Shown one piece after another: positions 20,037 to 29,467 of a stretch of 64,000 nt of DNA. Made by a program: the position numbers and the translations under genes. The stretch spans positions 44,897-108,896 of the forward strand of contig CANJNE010000001.1 in assembly GCA_947475275.1 (NCBI GenBank). The letters run 5' to 3'. Each line of letters begins with the position of its first letter. The stretch's first letter is position 1. Below the pieces are notes generated by a model. That model was not told the origin of the DNA. It made no database searches and saw nothing but the letters and a program-made list of their open reading frames with translations. This DNA is from Flavobacteriales bacterium. GTDB lineage: Bacteria > Bacteroidota > Bacteroidia > Flavobacteriales_D > Crocinitomicaceae.

Positions 20037-20429
20037 ATGTACAAACTAACTGGAAATATTAAAATGATCAGTCCTACCGTTCAGGTATCGGATAGATTTT
20101 CAAAGCGAGAATTTGTTGTTTCTGACACAAACGGAATGTATCCTCAGGATATCTTATTTCAAGCAACACAGGATAAATGTGTAATTCTAGACACTTTTCA
20201 AAATGGAGAACAAGTTGAAGTTTCTTTCAATTTAAGAGGAAGAGAATGGACAAGTCCTCAAGGAGAAGTGAAATACTTTAATAGTTTGGAAGCTTGGAGA
20301 ATTGAAAAAGTAGGAAACAACCAGTCTCAAGGAATACCATCAGAGGGACCATCTGCGATGAACATAAATCCTATGGAAAGCAATAACTCATTCGCTGCAA
20401 CTGCAGACGATGACGATCTACCGTTTTAA
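20037..20429 (+). CDS. DUF3127-type protein with SSB-like architecture (see findings)
   Basis: 130 aa. FSKREFVV...YPQDILFQ...FNLRGREW...KYFNSLEAWRIE matches my memory of DUF3127. Followed by a low-complexity linker and a C-terminal DDDDLPF. Confidence 0.7.
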   Translation: MYKLTGNIKMISPTVQVSDRFSKREFVVSDTNGMYPQDILFQATQDKCVILDTFQNGEQVEVSFNLRGREWTSPQGEVKYFNSLEAWRIEKVGNNQSQGIPSEGPSAMNINPMESNNSFAATADDDDLPF

Positions 20430-20448
20430 AAATTCAAAACCTTTGTTA

Positions 20449-20477
20449 ATGGCAACTTTTGGTTGCCATTTTTTTTG
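20449..20477 (+). terminator. intrinsic terminator after the DUF3127 gene
   Basis: AATGGCAAC-tttt-GGTTGCCATT followed by a T-run (about 8 T). Confidence 0.75.
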
Positions 20478-20492
20478 ATCAATTAAAGGATA

Positions 20493-20906
20493 TTATTCAG
20501 TGATGTAGAGTATCCCGTTTTGAGTCTTTTGCTCTTTTCTAGCAATATCAGACAACTCAAAATATGTAATAATCCAGGTGTACTGACCCTCTGAAAAAGG
20601 ACTCGCTATAGGAAGTGTTTTTCTCTTTACTTTTTTCTTTGTAACATGAAGTTGAGTTCCAGCATCTTGTTTAAAGATTTCTATATTTCCAACTGCGTAA
20701 GAGGTGTGCAATACTTCTCCCCATCGGTTGTAAACCGCTATTTTAAAATCAAGAACGTCACATACAGAAGTTATCGAAAGAGAATCATTATTTGATTTAT
20801 CTAGCATTTGAGAAACACTGAAACATGCTGATCCGTTAGCAATTTGAGAATTAGCTTTATTTAAAAGTGCTATCGATATTAGCAAGAATGCATATTTTCT
20901 TATCAT
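20493..20906 (-). CDS. small secreted protein resembling a stand-alone T9SS type-B (gliding-associated) C-terminal domain
   Basis: 137 aa with signal peptide MIRKYAFLLISIALLNKANSQ, then FKIAVYNRWGEVLHTS ... SEGQYTWIITY ... NGILYI. This is the core pattern of the type-B CTD. Confidence 0.45.
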   Translation of the reverse strand: MIRKYAFLLISIALLNKANSQIANGSACFSVSQMLDKSNNDSLSITSVCDVLDFKIAVYNRWGEVLHTSYAVGNIEIFKQDAGTQLHVTKKKVKRKTLPIASPFSEGQYTWIITYFELSDIARKEQKTQNGILYITE

Positions 20907-20910
20907 AATT

Positions 20911-22017
20911 TTATTCTAATGGTCTGCCCTTCCAATTGGTTTTAACAAAGAGTGATCCCAAAGTTAATACAATCAAAATTATCGGAAACAAAAATTCATA
21001 AATCGGAATAAAAATCCAAGTTGCCAATTGTTTCCGGTGATTAAAAAAGTTAAAAAGTAAAAACATGTCTAAAAGTACTTTGAAACCTAGTAAAGAAAGC
21101 GCTTCAAAATACAATTTGTTAGATAAAAAATAGAAAATAACACAAACATATGAAGCCGTTAGACCAAGTTGTAAAAGCATTAATATTGAATTGAATTCGT
21201 CTTTAACAATACGCGCATTTCTTATCCATCTTAAACGTTGAAAAAAATAAGTTTTTAAATTTTGAGGAGCAGCTGTTGAAACTGAATATTTTTGATCAAT
21301 CTCCAATCCAATATTCCCGTTATAATTTTGAAAATCCTTTAAAATCTTAAGATCATCGCCTCCCAAATAACCAAAATTATTTTGTTTGTCCCATTTTAAA
21401 AAACTATCTCTTTTTATTAAAAAATTAGCACCACTAGCCATTACTGGCCTGTACAATCCATAGATTCCTTCATTAACAATATTAGCAATATAGACATCAA
21501 GAATAAAAAAATGTTGAAACCACTTATTTGGATACATTTTTACTGGCAGGATAATCATATCATGAATCTTTAATTTGCCAATATTTTCAAAAAACATAGA
21601 ATCAAACAATACATCTGCATCTAATAACAAAATGAAAGCTGTTTGGGTAACATTTATACCTTTACGAATAGCATGTTTTTTTCCTTTAACATTTTCGTCC
21701 AACTTAAATATTTTAATGGTTGAAAGGTTATTTGAAATACCATTAAGAAACATTAAAGACCCATCATCGGAGTGGTCATCAATAAAAATGAATTCTTTTG
21801 GTAAAACAGTTGAATTATCAATAGAAGACACCAAGTTCTTTAAATTATACTCTTCATTTCTAAAAGGGATAATAACCGTGAGATCATTAACATTAATTGA
21901 AGGAATGAAACTATTGTTTTGAAGCGCTTTTATTTTTTTTGAACTTAACCTCCTACCAAAATAAATAAGAATAAATAGCGAAAAAAAATAAAAAAATATT
22001 AATAACCAAAATATCAT
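20911..22017 (-). CDS. membrane-bound family 2 glycosyltransferase
   Basis: VIIPFRNEE, IDDHSDDGS, LLDADV, GGDDLK and QRLRW, plus C-terminal TM segments. The internal ATG at 22017 forms an ATGA overlap with the upstream stop, so the track start at 22089 is probably an extension. Confidence 0.75.
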   Translation of the reverse strand: MIFWLLIFFYFFSLFILIYFGRRLSSKKIKALQNNSFIPSINVNDLTVIIPFRNEEYNLKNLVSSIDNSTVLPKEFIFIDDHSDDGSLMFLNGISNNLSTIKIFKLDENVKGKKHAIRKGINVTQTAFILLLDADVLFDSMFFENIGKLKIHDMIILPVKMYPNKWFQHFFILDVYIANIVNEGIYGLYRPVMASGANFLIKRDSFLKWDKQNNFGYLGGDDLKILKDFQNYNGNIGLEIDQKYSVSTAAPQNLKTYFFQRLRWIRNARIVKDEFNSILMLLQLGLTASYVCVIFYFLSNKLYFEALSLLGFKVLLDMFLLFNFFNHRKQLATWIFIPIYEFLFPIILIVLTLGSLFVKTNWKGRPLE

Positions 22018-22940
22018 AAAGAGGACCCTATTGGTGGCTTGCAAAATATTAAACTCAAAATTGTAGGGATAAATAAATTGAGAATCCATATGCTCAAAGA
22101 AGATAAAACCACAATAGTAGGGTTCAATCCTGCAGCGCTAAGCACCCATACTGATATTGATTCCCGGATGACAATTTTACCTAGAAACAGAGATGGCGAC
22201 AAGGTTACCCAAAAATAGACTTGCCAAATCCAAAACATGAGAGTAAATGAAATTTCTTGATTGAAAAAATTCAAAACAAACATAAATTGAACACTAAAAA
22301 CCAAATGACGAAAACAACTCCAAAATAGGAATTGCATTTTCAATGCACGTGATAAATTGAATTCAGTGAAGCGTTTAACCCATTTCTTAAAATAAGGTAT
22401 AAACATCAAGTACCTATCAAAAAAGAAAAAAAATGCAATTAAAAAGACTATAATCAACAGGCTTATCCATATGAACTCTTTTTGGGTTTCAAAATTAATG
22501 ATTGCGATTCCGATTAAACCAAAAACTATACTCCAAACAAATTGAGAGAAATTCGAAAGTGTAGTTAAAATTATTAAATCAACCCTGTATTTTCTGTTAA
22601 AATAAAAAATTCTACCCACAAAATTCCCTAACATATTCGGGGTAAGCATCCCTGATACAATTCCAGCTAAAAATGCATTATGGATATTTTTACTTTCAAT
22701 ATTATCCGATACGGTATTAACAGTAACCTTCCATTTTTTATATTCACAAAACCAATTTAAAGGCATAAATAAAACAGCTATGATTCCAGAAATGATATTT
22801 AATTCGCTTATTACCTCAAAATTCAAATCTGCTGATATAAATTGATAATAAAATACCCATGTAATTATCAAGAACAAGGATATTTTAATACCAAAGGTAA
22901 TCCAACTGTGATTTTTTATAGCTTTACTTAAAGTTTGCAT
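22014..22940 (-). CDS. flippase-like / UPF0104 (lysylphosphatidylglycerol synthase TM region-like) membrane protein
   Basis: Polytopic membrane protein with about 8 TM segments. The ATG at 22940 ([13 protein letters not shown]) is preferred over the track start at 22988, which would overlap ruvC. Confidence 0.6.
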   Translation of the reverse strand: MQTLSKAIKNHSWITFGIKISLFLIITWVFYYQFISADLNFEVISELNIISGIIAVLFMPLNWFCEYKKWKVTVNTVSDNIESKNIHNAFLAGIVSGMLTPNMLGNFVGRIFYFNRKYRVDLIILTTLSNFSQFVWSIVFGLIGIAIINFETQKEFIWISLLIIVFLIAFFFFFDRYLMFIPYFKKWVKRFTEFNLSRALKMQFLFWSCFRHLVFSVQFMFVLNFFNQEISFTLMFWIWQVYFWVTLSPSLFLGKIVIRESISVWVLSAAGLNPTIVVLSSLSIWILNLFIPTILSLIFCKPPIGSSL

Positions 22941-22945
22941 TTTCA

Positions 22946-23500
22946 ATGGTTGAAGATAAGATAATTCTTGGAATTGATCCGGGTACAACAGTTCTAGGTT
23001 ATGGTTTAATTGGTGTTCAAAACAATAAGTTATCCTTAATAAATTTTGGTGTTATTCAGTTGAACAAAATTCCAAACCATCCGGATAAATTGAAAAGAAT
23101 TTATGACCGTATTTCTGGAATTATTGCAGAGTTCCATCCCGATGAAATGGCAATTGAAGCTCCTTTCTTTGGAAAAAACGTTCAATCAATGTTAAAACTT
23201 GGAAGAGCTCAAGGAGTTGCAATTGCTGCTAGTCTAAGCAAAAATATTCCTTTTGAAGAATATTCACCGAGAAGAATCAAACAGGCTATTACAGGGAACG
23301 GAAATGCTTCAAAAGAACAAGTTGCTGCGATGCTTCAAAAACTCCTAAACTTCAACGAAATGCCTAAATATTTGGATGCTACAGATGGATTGGCCGTAGC
23401 TGTTTGTCATCATTTCTCAAAGGGTGTAGGTGAACATAATAAATCTAAATCGAATAATTGGGAAAGTTTCATCAAGAAGAATCCTGAAAGAAAACGCTAA
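22946..23500 (+). CDS. ruvC: crossover junction endodeoxyribonuclease
   Basis: [22 protein letters not shown] and [11 protein letters not shown]. Confidence 0.95.
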   Translation: MVEDKIILGIDPGTTVLGYGLIGVQNNKLSLINFGVIQLNKIPNHPDKLKRIYDRISGIIAEFHPDEMAIEAPFFGKNVQSMLKLGRAQGVAIAASLSKNIPFEEYSPRRIKQAITGNGNASKEQVAAMLQKLLNFNEMPKYLDATDGLAVAVCHHFSKGVGEHNKSKSNNWESFIKKNPERKR

Positions 23501-23507
23501 CCTTATT

Positions 23508-23858
23508 TTATTGAACTTTACTCAGTTCCATATTCAATGAATCTAAAATTTGATTATTGATTTCTTGCATGGTCTCCTGATTAGATGCGTAAAAGTCTAA
23601 ACTTCTTTTAAATCTGTCATGGCTAATCGCATACTTTTCCAATAATACATCACCAGACTTTTGTATGGTGGCATGATGATCATTCATCTGAATAAATTGA
23701 TTTTGAAGGAAACCTTCTAAAATATATATATCCTTTAAAACTGAAACAAAAGAATCTCTGGGTATTAAATCTACTGCAGACTCTGTTTTCATCAAATTGC
23801 CAACACATGAACAAAGAAAAATTAGGCCAAAGAAACCGAAAACTAAAAACGCTTTCAT
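23508..23858 (-). CDS. DUF4296-like lipoprotein
   Basis: 116 aa with lipobox LIFLCSC. The position downstream of dihydroorotase is as in other Flavobacteriia (from memory). ATGA overlap with the pyrC stop. Confidence 0.55.
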   Translation of the reverse strand: MKAFLVFGFFGLIFLCSCVGNLMKTESAVDLIPRDSFVSVLKDIYILEGFLQNQFIQMNDHHATIQKSGDVLLEKYAISHDRFKRSLDFYASNQETMQEINNQILDSLNMELSKVQ

Positions 23859-25195
23859 TCCGGATTAAAATTCAATCTTTGCCCCATTACTCCTTCTATT
23901 ATTTGACCATTTTGGTAAACAATGTTACCATTAACGAACGTTGTATCAACGCCATAGTTAAAAATTTGTCCCTCAAAAGGTGACCAGCCGCATTTATAAA
24001 GAAGTGAGTCTCGAGTAACCTTATGTGGAATTTCATTCAACACAACTAAATCTGCAAAATACCCTTCTCGAATAAACCCCCTATCTTTAATCCGAAAAAG
24101 TATTGCCGGATGATGCGCCATCTTCTCAACTATTTTTTCAAGAGAAATTCTACCCGCCTTCATTTGTTCTAACATTGCTACTAATGCATGCTGCACTAAG
24201 GGGCCGCCTGAAGGAGCTTTTGCATAACTAGAAATTTTTTCCTCCAAAGTATGAGGAGCATGATCAGTGGCGATTACATCAATAATATTGGAATTCACTG
24301 CCTGCCAAATCGCATCACGGTCACTTTCTTTCTTAACTGCAGGATTCCATTTTATGAAATTGCCTTTGGTATCGTAATCCTTGTCAGAAAACCATAGATG
24401 GTGTACACAAGCTTCAGCCGTTATTCGCTTATCTTGTAAGGGAATGTCATTTCTAAATAATTCTAATTCCTTTGCAGTACTGATGTGAAGAATGTGAAGG
24501 CGAGAATTGTACTTTTTTGCTAATGAAACCGCATAAGATGATGATTTATAACATGCTTCTTCACTTCGTATTAAAGGGTGATAGTTTGCTGACAAATCAT
24601 CTCCATATTCTTTTAGGTATTTTTGAAAATTTTCCTTTATCATTGGATCATCTTCACAATGTGTTGTAATTATGGCAGGAGAATAATGAAAGATGTCTTC
24701 TAAAGCCCTGGGATCATCCACCAACATATCACCTGTTGAAGACCCCATGAAGATTTTAATTCCACAAATAACTTCTGTATTAACTCGTTTTATTTCCTCA
24801 ATATTTGAGTTGGTCGTTCCCAAATAAAAAGAGTAATTCGCTATTGAACTTTGCGACGCAATTTGATATTTATCTTCAAGTTTTTCAATCGTAACAGCAC
24901 TCGGCACTGTATTAGGCATCTCCATAAACGAAGTTATCCCACCGGCAACAGCAGCTCTTGATTCAGTTGCAATTGTTGCTTTATGCGTTAATCCAGGTTC
25001 GCGAAAATGCACTTGATCGTCAATACACCCAGGAATGACATATTTCCCACCAAGTTCTATTACTTCATCGGCTAAACTTTGCGAGATACTACTTCCGATT
25101 TTTTCAATTCTGCCATTTTTAATAAGAATATCTAACTCCTGAATGGACCCTTCATTTACAATCCTTCCGGATTTTAAAAGTACAGATTTACTCAT
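23855..25195 (-). CDS. pyrC: dihydroorotase (type I, amidohydrolase superfamily)
   Basis: DDQVHFREPG, KIFMG, THCED, HILHIS and ATDHAPH. The ATG at 25195 forms an ATGA overlap with the upstream gene. Confidence 0.85.
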   Translation of the reverse strand: MSKSVLLKSGRIVNEGSIQELDILIKNGRIEKIGSSISQSLADEVIELGGKYVIPGCIDDQVHFREPGLTHKATIATESRAAVAGGITSFMEMPNTVPSAVTIEKLEDKYQIASQSSIANYSFYLGTTNSNIEEIKRVNTEVICGIKIFMGSSTGDMLVDDPRALEDIFHYSPAIITTHCEDDPMIKENFQKYLKEYGDDLSANYHPLIRSEEACYKSSSYAVSLAKKYNSRLHILHISTAKELELFRNDIPLQDKRITAEACVHHLWFSDKDYDTKGNFIKWNPAVKKESDRDAIWQAVNSNIIDVIATDHAPHTLEEKISSYAKAPSGGPLVQHALVAMLEQMKAGRISLEKIVEKMAHHPAILFRIKDRGFIREGYFADLVVLNEIPHKVTRDSLLYKCGWSPFEGQIFNYGVDTTFVNGNIVYQNGQIIEGVMGQRLNFNPE

Positions 25196-25926
25196 ATTTT
25201 CATTTTTCTCATTTTCCAAACACCAAAAAATGCCTCTTTAAAAATACCAGTACTCATTTTAGATTCACCATACTGCCTATCAATAAAAGTAATTGGAACT
25301 TCCTTGACCTTGAATCCATTCCTTAATGCCAAGTATTTCATACAAATCTGAAAAGCATAGCCTTTGAATGGAATAGTATCAAGATTTATTTTTTCTAAAA
25401 CAGATTTCCGATAACATTTAAAACCCGCTGTGGTATCTTTTATATTTATCCAAAGTATAGTCCGGACATAAACACTAGCAAAATAGGACATCAGTATACG
25501 TTTAAAAGGCCAATTTTTCACTTTACCTCCTTTACAATATCTAGAACCAATGCTAACATCCGCTCCGTCATTAGCGCAGGAATGATATAATCGAATTAAA
25601 TCTTCAGGATTATGAGAAAAATCACAATCCATTTCAAACACATAATCATACCCTTTGATTAGTGCCCATTTGAAGCCATGAATATAAGCAGTTCCCAAGC
25701 CCATTTTACCTGGCCTCCTTTCCAAAAATATTTTACCTGGAAATTCAAGTTGTAATGTTTCAATTTTCTCAGCAGTGCCATCAGGAGAATTATCGTCAAC
25801 ATAAAGTATATGAAATTCTTTGTCAAATGACATTACTTTACGCGTCATTGCAACGACGTTTTCAATCTCATTGTAAGTGGGAATAATAATAATTGAATCA
25901 GACACGTAAAGAAATAATGTTGGCAA
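25192..25926 (-). CDS. polyprenol-phosphate mannosyltransferase (Dpm1-like GT2)
   Basis: IIIPTYNEIEN, VDDNSPDGT and MDCDFSH. The track start is TTG, so the exact start is uncertain. Confidence 0.85.
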   Translation of the reverse strand: MPTLFLYVSDSIIIIPTYNEIENVVAMTRKVMSFDKEFHILYVDDNSPDGTAEKIETLQLEFPGKIFLERRPGKMGLGTAYIHGFKWALIKGYDYVFEMDCDFSHNPEDLIRLYHSCANDGADVSIGSRYCKGGKVKNWPFKRILMSYFASVYVRTILWINIKDTTAGFKCYRKSVLEKINLDTIPFKGYAFQICMKYLALRNGFKVKEVPITFIDRQYGESKMSTGIFKEAFFGVWKMRKMKI

Positions 25927-25997
25927 AAATAACCATAATTCAAATATATGCTATCATGTTTAGTTGAAATACAAGTTCTATTTTTATCTTTATTAAA

Positions 25998-27383
25998 GTG
26001 AAAAAAAGATGCCTTTTTATTTTCTTGATTTTATTTTCATGCACAAAGAATATAGCGCAAGAAATAAAAAACGTAGAACTTCTTGATAATTGGTTTGAAG
26101 ATAGTATCGTTTCAAGTTCTAGTTTGGCAAGATTCAACGGATGTTGGGGCTTTATCCATCAAGAAAAGGAGTATGCAATTTTAGGGTCAACAGAAGGAAC
26201 GCATTTTTTTCAATTAACCAATGATAACAAACTGAAAGATTGCGGTTTTATTGAAGGTAAATTCTCTTCAGGTCTTGTAATTCACAGAGAATTTAAAACA
26301 TTTCGCAACTATGCATATTCAATTTGCGACGAAGGAAACAGTAGTTTGCAAATTATTGATATCAGCAATCTTCCAGATACTGTTGTTAAAGTTGCGGACA
26401 TCCAGAATGCGTTCTTTGGAAAGATTCACAATATTTTTATCGATACCAGTAATGCTCTATTGTATGCTTGCTCTGTTACGCCAATTTTGAACGGAATTCC
26501 GCAATCATTAATTCCTTTACGTGTTTTTAGCATTGAGAATCCTGTTCAGCCAATTTTATTATGGGAAGGCCCAAATGACATTCCTGAAGTACACGATTGT
26601 TATGTAAGAAATAATATCGCTTATTTAAATTGTGGATTTGATGGAGTCAGAATATACAATTTCAGCAATCCAAGCGCACCCATTTACCTCAATAATCTTA
26701 CTTTTTATCAAGACCAAGGATACAACCATCAAGGATGGCTTACTCCATCGGGTAACACTTACATTTTTACTGATGAAACATCTGGCAAAAGAATTAAAAA
26801 ATGTTCAGTAAATAACCAATACAATCTCGAAATAACCAATCTTTTTGGCACAAATTATCAACAAAACAGTATTCCCCATAATCTCATTTGTGATGATAAC
26901 TTCGCTTATGTTGCTTATTACAATGAAGGATTAAGAATTTTTGACATTCGAGATTATCCATCGGAAGTTGCAGCATATGACACTTATTTATCAAGCACCA
27001 ACTTTAACATGAACGGCGCCTGGGGAATATATCCTTTTCCATCTGGAAGAATTATATTGTCTGACAGACAAGGTGGTCTTTTCCTCTTTCACTTTAATTC
27101 AGAGAATTTTATTTCCCCGCCTCAAGATGACTTTATCTTCTATCCCAATCCCGTTGAATTAAACGCATCATTGAATATAAGGACACCCAACGACAAAATC
27201 GCAAATTTTTCATTAAGCATCCTCGATTTAAGTGGTAAATTACTTTTTGAAAATTACTTCGAAAACCAAACTGTTGTACAATTCAACGCCAAATTTTCAC
27301 CCGGTGCTTATGTAATAAAAATTGTTTACCAGAATTATTTGGGTGAATCAGTAAATTATTTCAAACGAATTGTCATATTATAA
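25998..27383 (+). CDS. secreted beta-propeller-like protein (choice-of-anchor B / LVIVD-like) with T9SS type-A CTD
   Basis: GTG start, signal/lipobox-like LILFSC, and repeated ...YA.v...G..I.DIS.P motifs. The C-terminal FYPNPVELNASLNI...ILDLSGKLL...PGAYVIKI resembles a type-A CTD. Confidence 0.6.
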   Translation: MKKRCLFIFLILFSCTKNIAQEIKNVELLDNWFEDSIVSSSSLARFNGCWGFIHQEKEYAILGSTEGTHFFQLTNDNKLKDCGFIEGKFSSGLVIHREFKTFRNYAYSICDEGNSSLQIIDISNLPDTVVKVADIQNAFFGKIHNIFIDTSNALLYACSVTPILNGIPQSLIPLRVFSIENPVQPILLWEGPNDIPEVHDCYVRNNIAYLNCGFDGVRIYNFSNPSAPIYLNNLTFYQDQGYNHQGWLTPSGNTYIFTDETSGKRIKKCSVNNQYNLEITNLFGTNYQQNSIPHNLICDDNFAYVAYYNEGLRIFDIRDYPSEVAAYDTYLSSTNFNMNGAWGIYPFPSGRIILSDRQGGLFLFHFNSENFISPPQDDFIFYPNPVELNASLNIRTPNDKIANFSLSILDLSGKLLFENYFENQTVVQFNAKFSPGAYVIKIVYQNYLGESVNYFKRIVIL

Positions 27384-27839
27384 TTTAGTCCTAACCACAT
27401 CGTTAATTAGGTCAAATTCGAATCCTTTCGACAATAAATAACGAATTAACTTAGATTGTTTTTTATAAGTATCCTTCTCATTAATCTCTTTTGACTTTCG
27501 CTCTGTGAGATGTGCAATAGTCGATAAATATTCATCAGGATCTAACTCCATTAAAGCAGATGAAATTAATTTTTCAGGAAGTCTTTTTTGCTTTAAATAA
27601 GCTCTTATTTTTAGCCTACCCCAACGGTTCAATCTAAATTTACCACTAACTACGGCACTACAATATCGAACATCAGAGAAGTAATTACCTTCTTGTAACT
27701 CCAAAATAATTTGATTGCATTGCGAAGCATTCAATTCAAAAGAGTCCAACTTTTTGTGAATCTCATAACTGCATCTTTCCTGATATGCACAATAATTTTC
27801 AAGCGCTACTTTAGCATTTTGAAAATTTTTATCAAACAT
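27378..27839 (-). CDS. recX: RecA regulator RecX
   Basis: 153 aa of three-helix repeats with the pattern ALNYCAYQERC.. and DxRY. Typical RecX size. Confidence 0.75.
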   Translation of the reverse strand: MFDKNFQNAKVALENYCAYQERCSYEIHKKLDSFELNASQCNQIILELQEGNYFSDVRYCSAVVSGKFRLNRWGRLKIRAYLKQKRLPEKLISSALMELDPDEYLSTIAHLTERKSKEINEKDTYKKQSKLIRYLLSKGFEFDLINDVVRTKL

Positions 27840-27840
27840 T

Positions 27841-29388
27841 TTAAAGCGGAATTTCTTCGTTATTCTTGTCCTTGAATGAATATTCTAAAAGATTATATGC
27901 AGTTATTCCACGAATAGGAATCCATTTTTTATATTTAAAAAACCAACGTAGTCTTTTTGACAAAATTCCTTTAGTGAAATATGCCTCAAGATAGGGATGT
28001 ACATGCAAAGTTAATTGCTTTATTCCTCTATCTTCGAGCAGAAAGTTTAAATTGGATTCGATTTCATCAGCAAATAAAATTGAGGCTTGTACTTCACCTG
28101 TTCCATTGCATGTTGGACATTGTTCAGAAGTATTAATATCCGTTTCAGGACGCACACGCTGACGCGTTATTTCAATAACACCAAACTTTGATGGTGGAAG
28201 AATATTGTGCTTCGCTCGATCGCGTTGCATGAATTCTTTTAACTTCTCATAAAGCAATTTGTTGTTCTCTCTATCATGCATATCGATAAAGTCAACACAT
28301 ACAATTCCTCCCATGTCGCGAAGTTGTAAAACGCGTGCAATTTCCTCAGCAGCTTCGATATTTGTAGAAAACGCATTACTTTCCTGTCCTTCTGCACCTT
28401 TTCGGTTGCCACTGTTCACATCAATAACGTGCATGGCCTCAGTATGCTCAATAATCAAATATCCGCCACTAGCTAAAGGAACTTTCTTGCCAAATAGTGA
28501 TTTAATCTGCTTATTTATTCCAAATCTTTCAAAAATAGTCAACTTACCATCGTAATATTTAACTATTTTTTCTCTACCCGGAGCAATTCCAAAAACATAA
28601 TCCTTTACATCCGCAAATAAAGATTCATCGTTGATATGAATATTTGTGAAATCCGCGTTCAGTAAATCCCTCAAAATTGAGGAAGTCTTATCAATTTCAC
28701 CAAGAACCCTTTTAGGCGGACTTGCCACTTTTAAGTTCTCGTGCATTATTCGCCATTTCTCCAAAAGATTTTTCAAATCTTGATCGATCTGTTCTACCTT
28801 TTTATTGGCTGCTACAGTACGTATAATCACACCGAAATTTTTCGGCTTTATAGATTCCAATAAATCTTTTAAACGATCCCTCTCCTCGTTCTCTCTTATT
28901 TTTTGAGAAATCGATATTTTATCGGAAAAAGGTACTAAAACCAGGTATCTTCCAGCAAGCGTAATCTCAGCGCAAAGTCTAGGACCCTTGCTAGATATAG
29001 GCTCTTTAGCAACCTGAACCAATATTGACTGGGAAGAAGAGATAATATCATCTATCTTACCTTCCTTTTGAATATCTTTTTCGGATTTAAAATACATTAA
29101 ATCCGCGACGCCCTGCTTACCGTTTAATGTATCCTTTGTAAACTTATTCAAAGAGTTAAACTGAGGGCCTAAATCAAGATAATGCAAAAAAGCATCCTTC
29201 TCAAAACCCACATCCACAAAAGCAGCATTTAAACTTGGAACAACTTTACGAACCTTACCTAGATATATATCTCCAACGTTGAAGTCATTGTTACCATGCT
29301 CTTCGTGCAATTCGATAAGTTTACCATCTCGCAACAATGCAAGCCATATGCTTCCCGCGCGGGAATCAACAACCAATTCTAAACTCAC
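27841..29388 (-). CDS. rng: ribonuclease E/G family (RNase G-like)
   Basis: S1 domain (GDIYLGKVRKVVPSLNAAFVDVG), IIEHTEAMHVIDVNSG, and a C-terminal CPTCNGTG. GTG start at 29388. Confidence 0.9.
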   Translation of the reverse strand: MSLELVVDSRAGSIWLALLRDGKLIELHEEHGNNDFNVGDIYLGKVRKVVPSLNAAFVDVGFEKDAFLHYLDLGPQFNSLNKFTKDTLNGKQGVADLMYFKSEKDIQKEGKIDDIISSSQSILVQVAKEPISSKGPRLCAEITLAGRYLVLVPFSDKISISQKIRENEERDRLKDLLESIKPKNFGVIIRTVAANKKVEQIDQDLKNLLEKWRIMHENLKVASPPKRVLGEIDKTSSILRDLLNADFTNIHINDESLFADVKDYVFGIAPGREKIVKYYDGKLTIFERFGINKQIKSLFGKKVPLASGGYLIIEHTEAMHVIDVNSGNRKGAEGQESNAFSTNIEAAEEIARVLQLRDMGGIVCVDFIDMHDRENNKLLYEKLKEFMQRDRAKHNILPPSKFGVIEITRQRVRPETDINTSEQCPTCNGTGEVQASILFADEIESNLNFLLEDRGIKQLTLHVHPYLEAYFTKGILSKRLRWFFKYKKWIPIRGITAYNLLEYSFKDKNNEEIPL

Positions 29389-29467
29389 AATAGCTTTTTT
29401 TACTTAGACAAAATAGAAAAACTTAGCAGAGAACTCTACTAAGTTTATTACAACAAAAAATCAACAA

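Noticed and set aside
21931-21940. A T8 homopolymer (A8 on the coding strand) near the 5' end of the GT2 gene, considered as a phase-variation tract. T9 at 52989..52997 and A9 at 29607..29615 were also considered.
   Set aside because: Runs of 8-9 A/T are frequent in this AT-rich sequence. The intergenic ones are explained as terminator tails, and there is no evidence of length heterogeneity.
22014-22089. The 76-nt overlap between the flippase-like ORF and the GT2 ORF, considered as a possible frameshift or fused pseudogene.
   Set aside because: An in-frame ATG at 22017 gives a canonical ATGA coupling and a sensible N-terminal TM helix, so the longer GT2 start is just an upstream extension.
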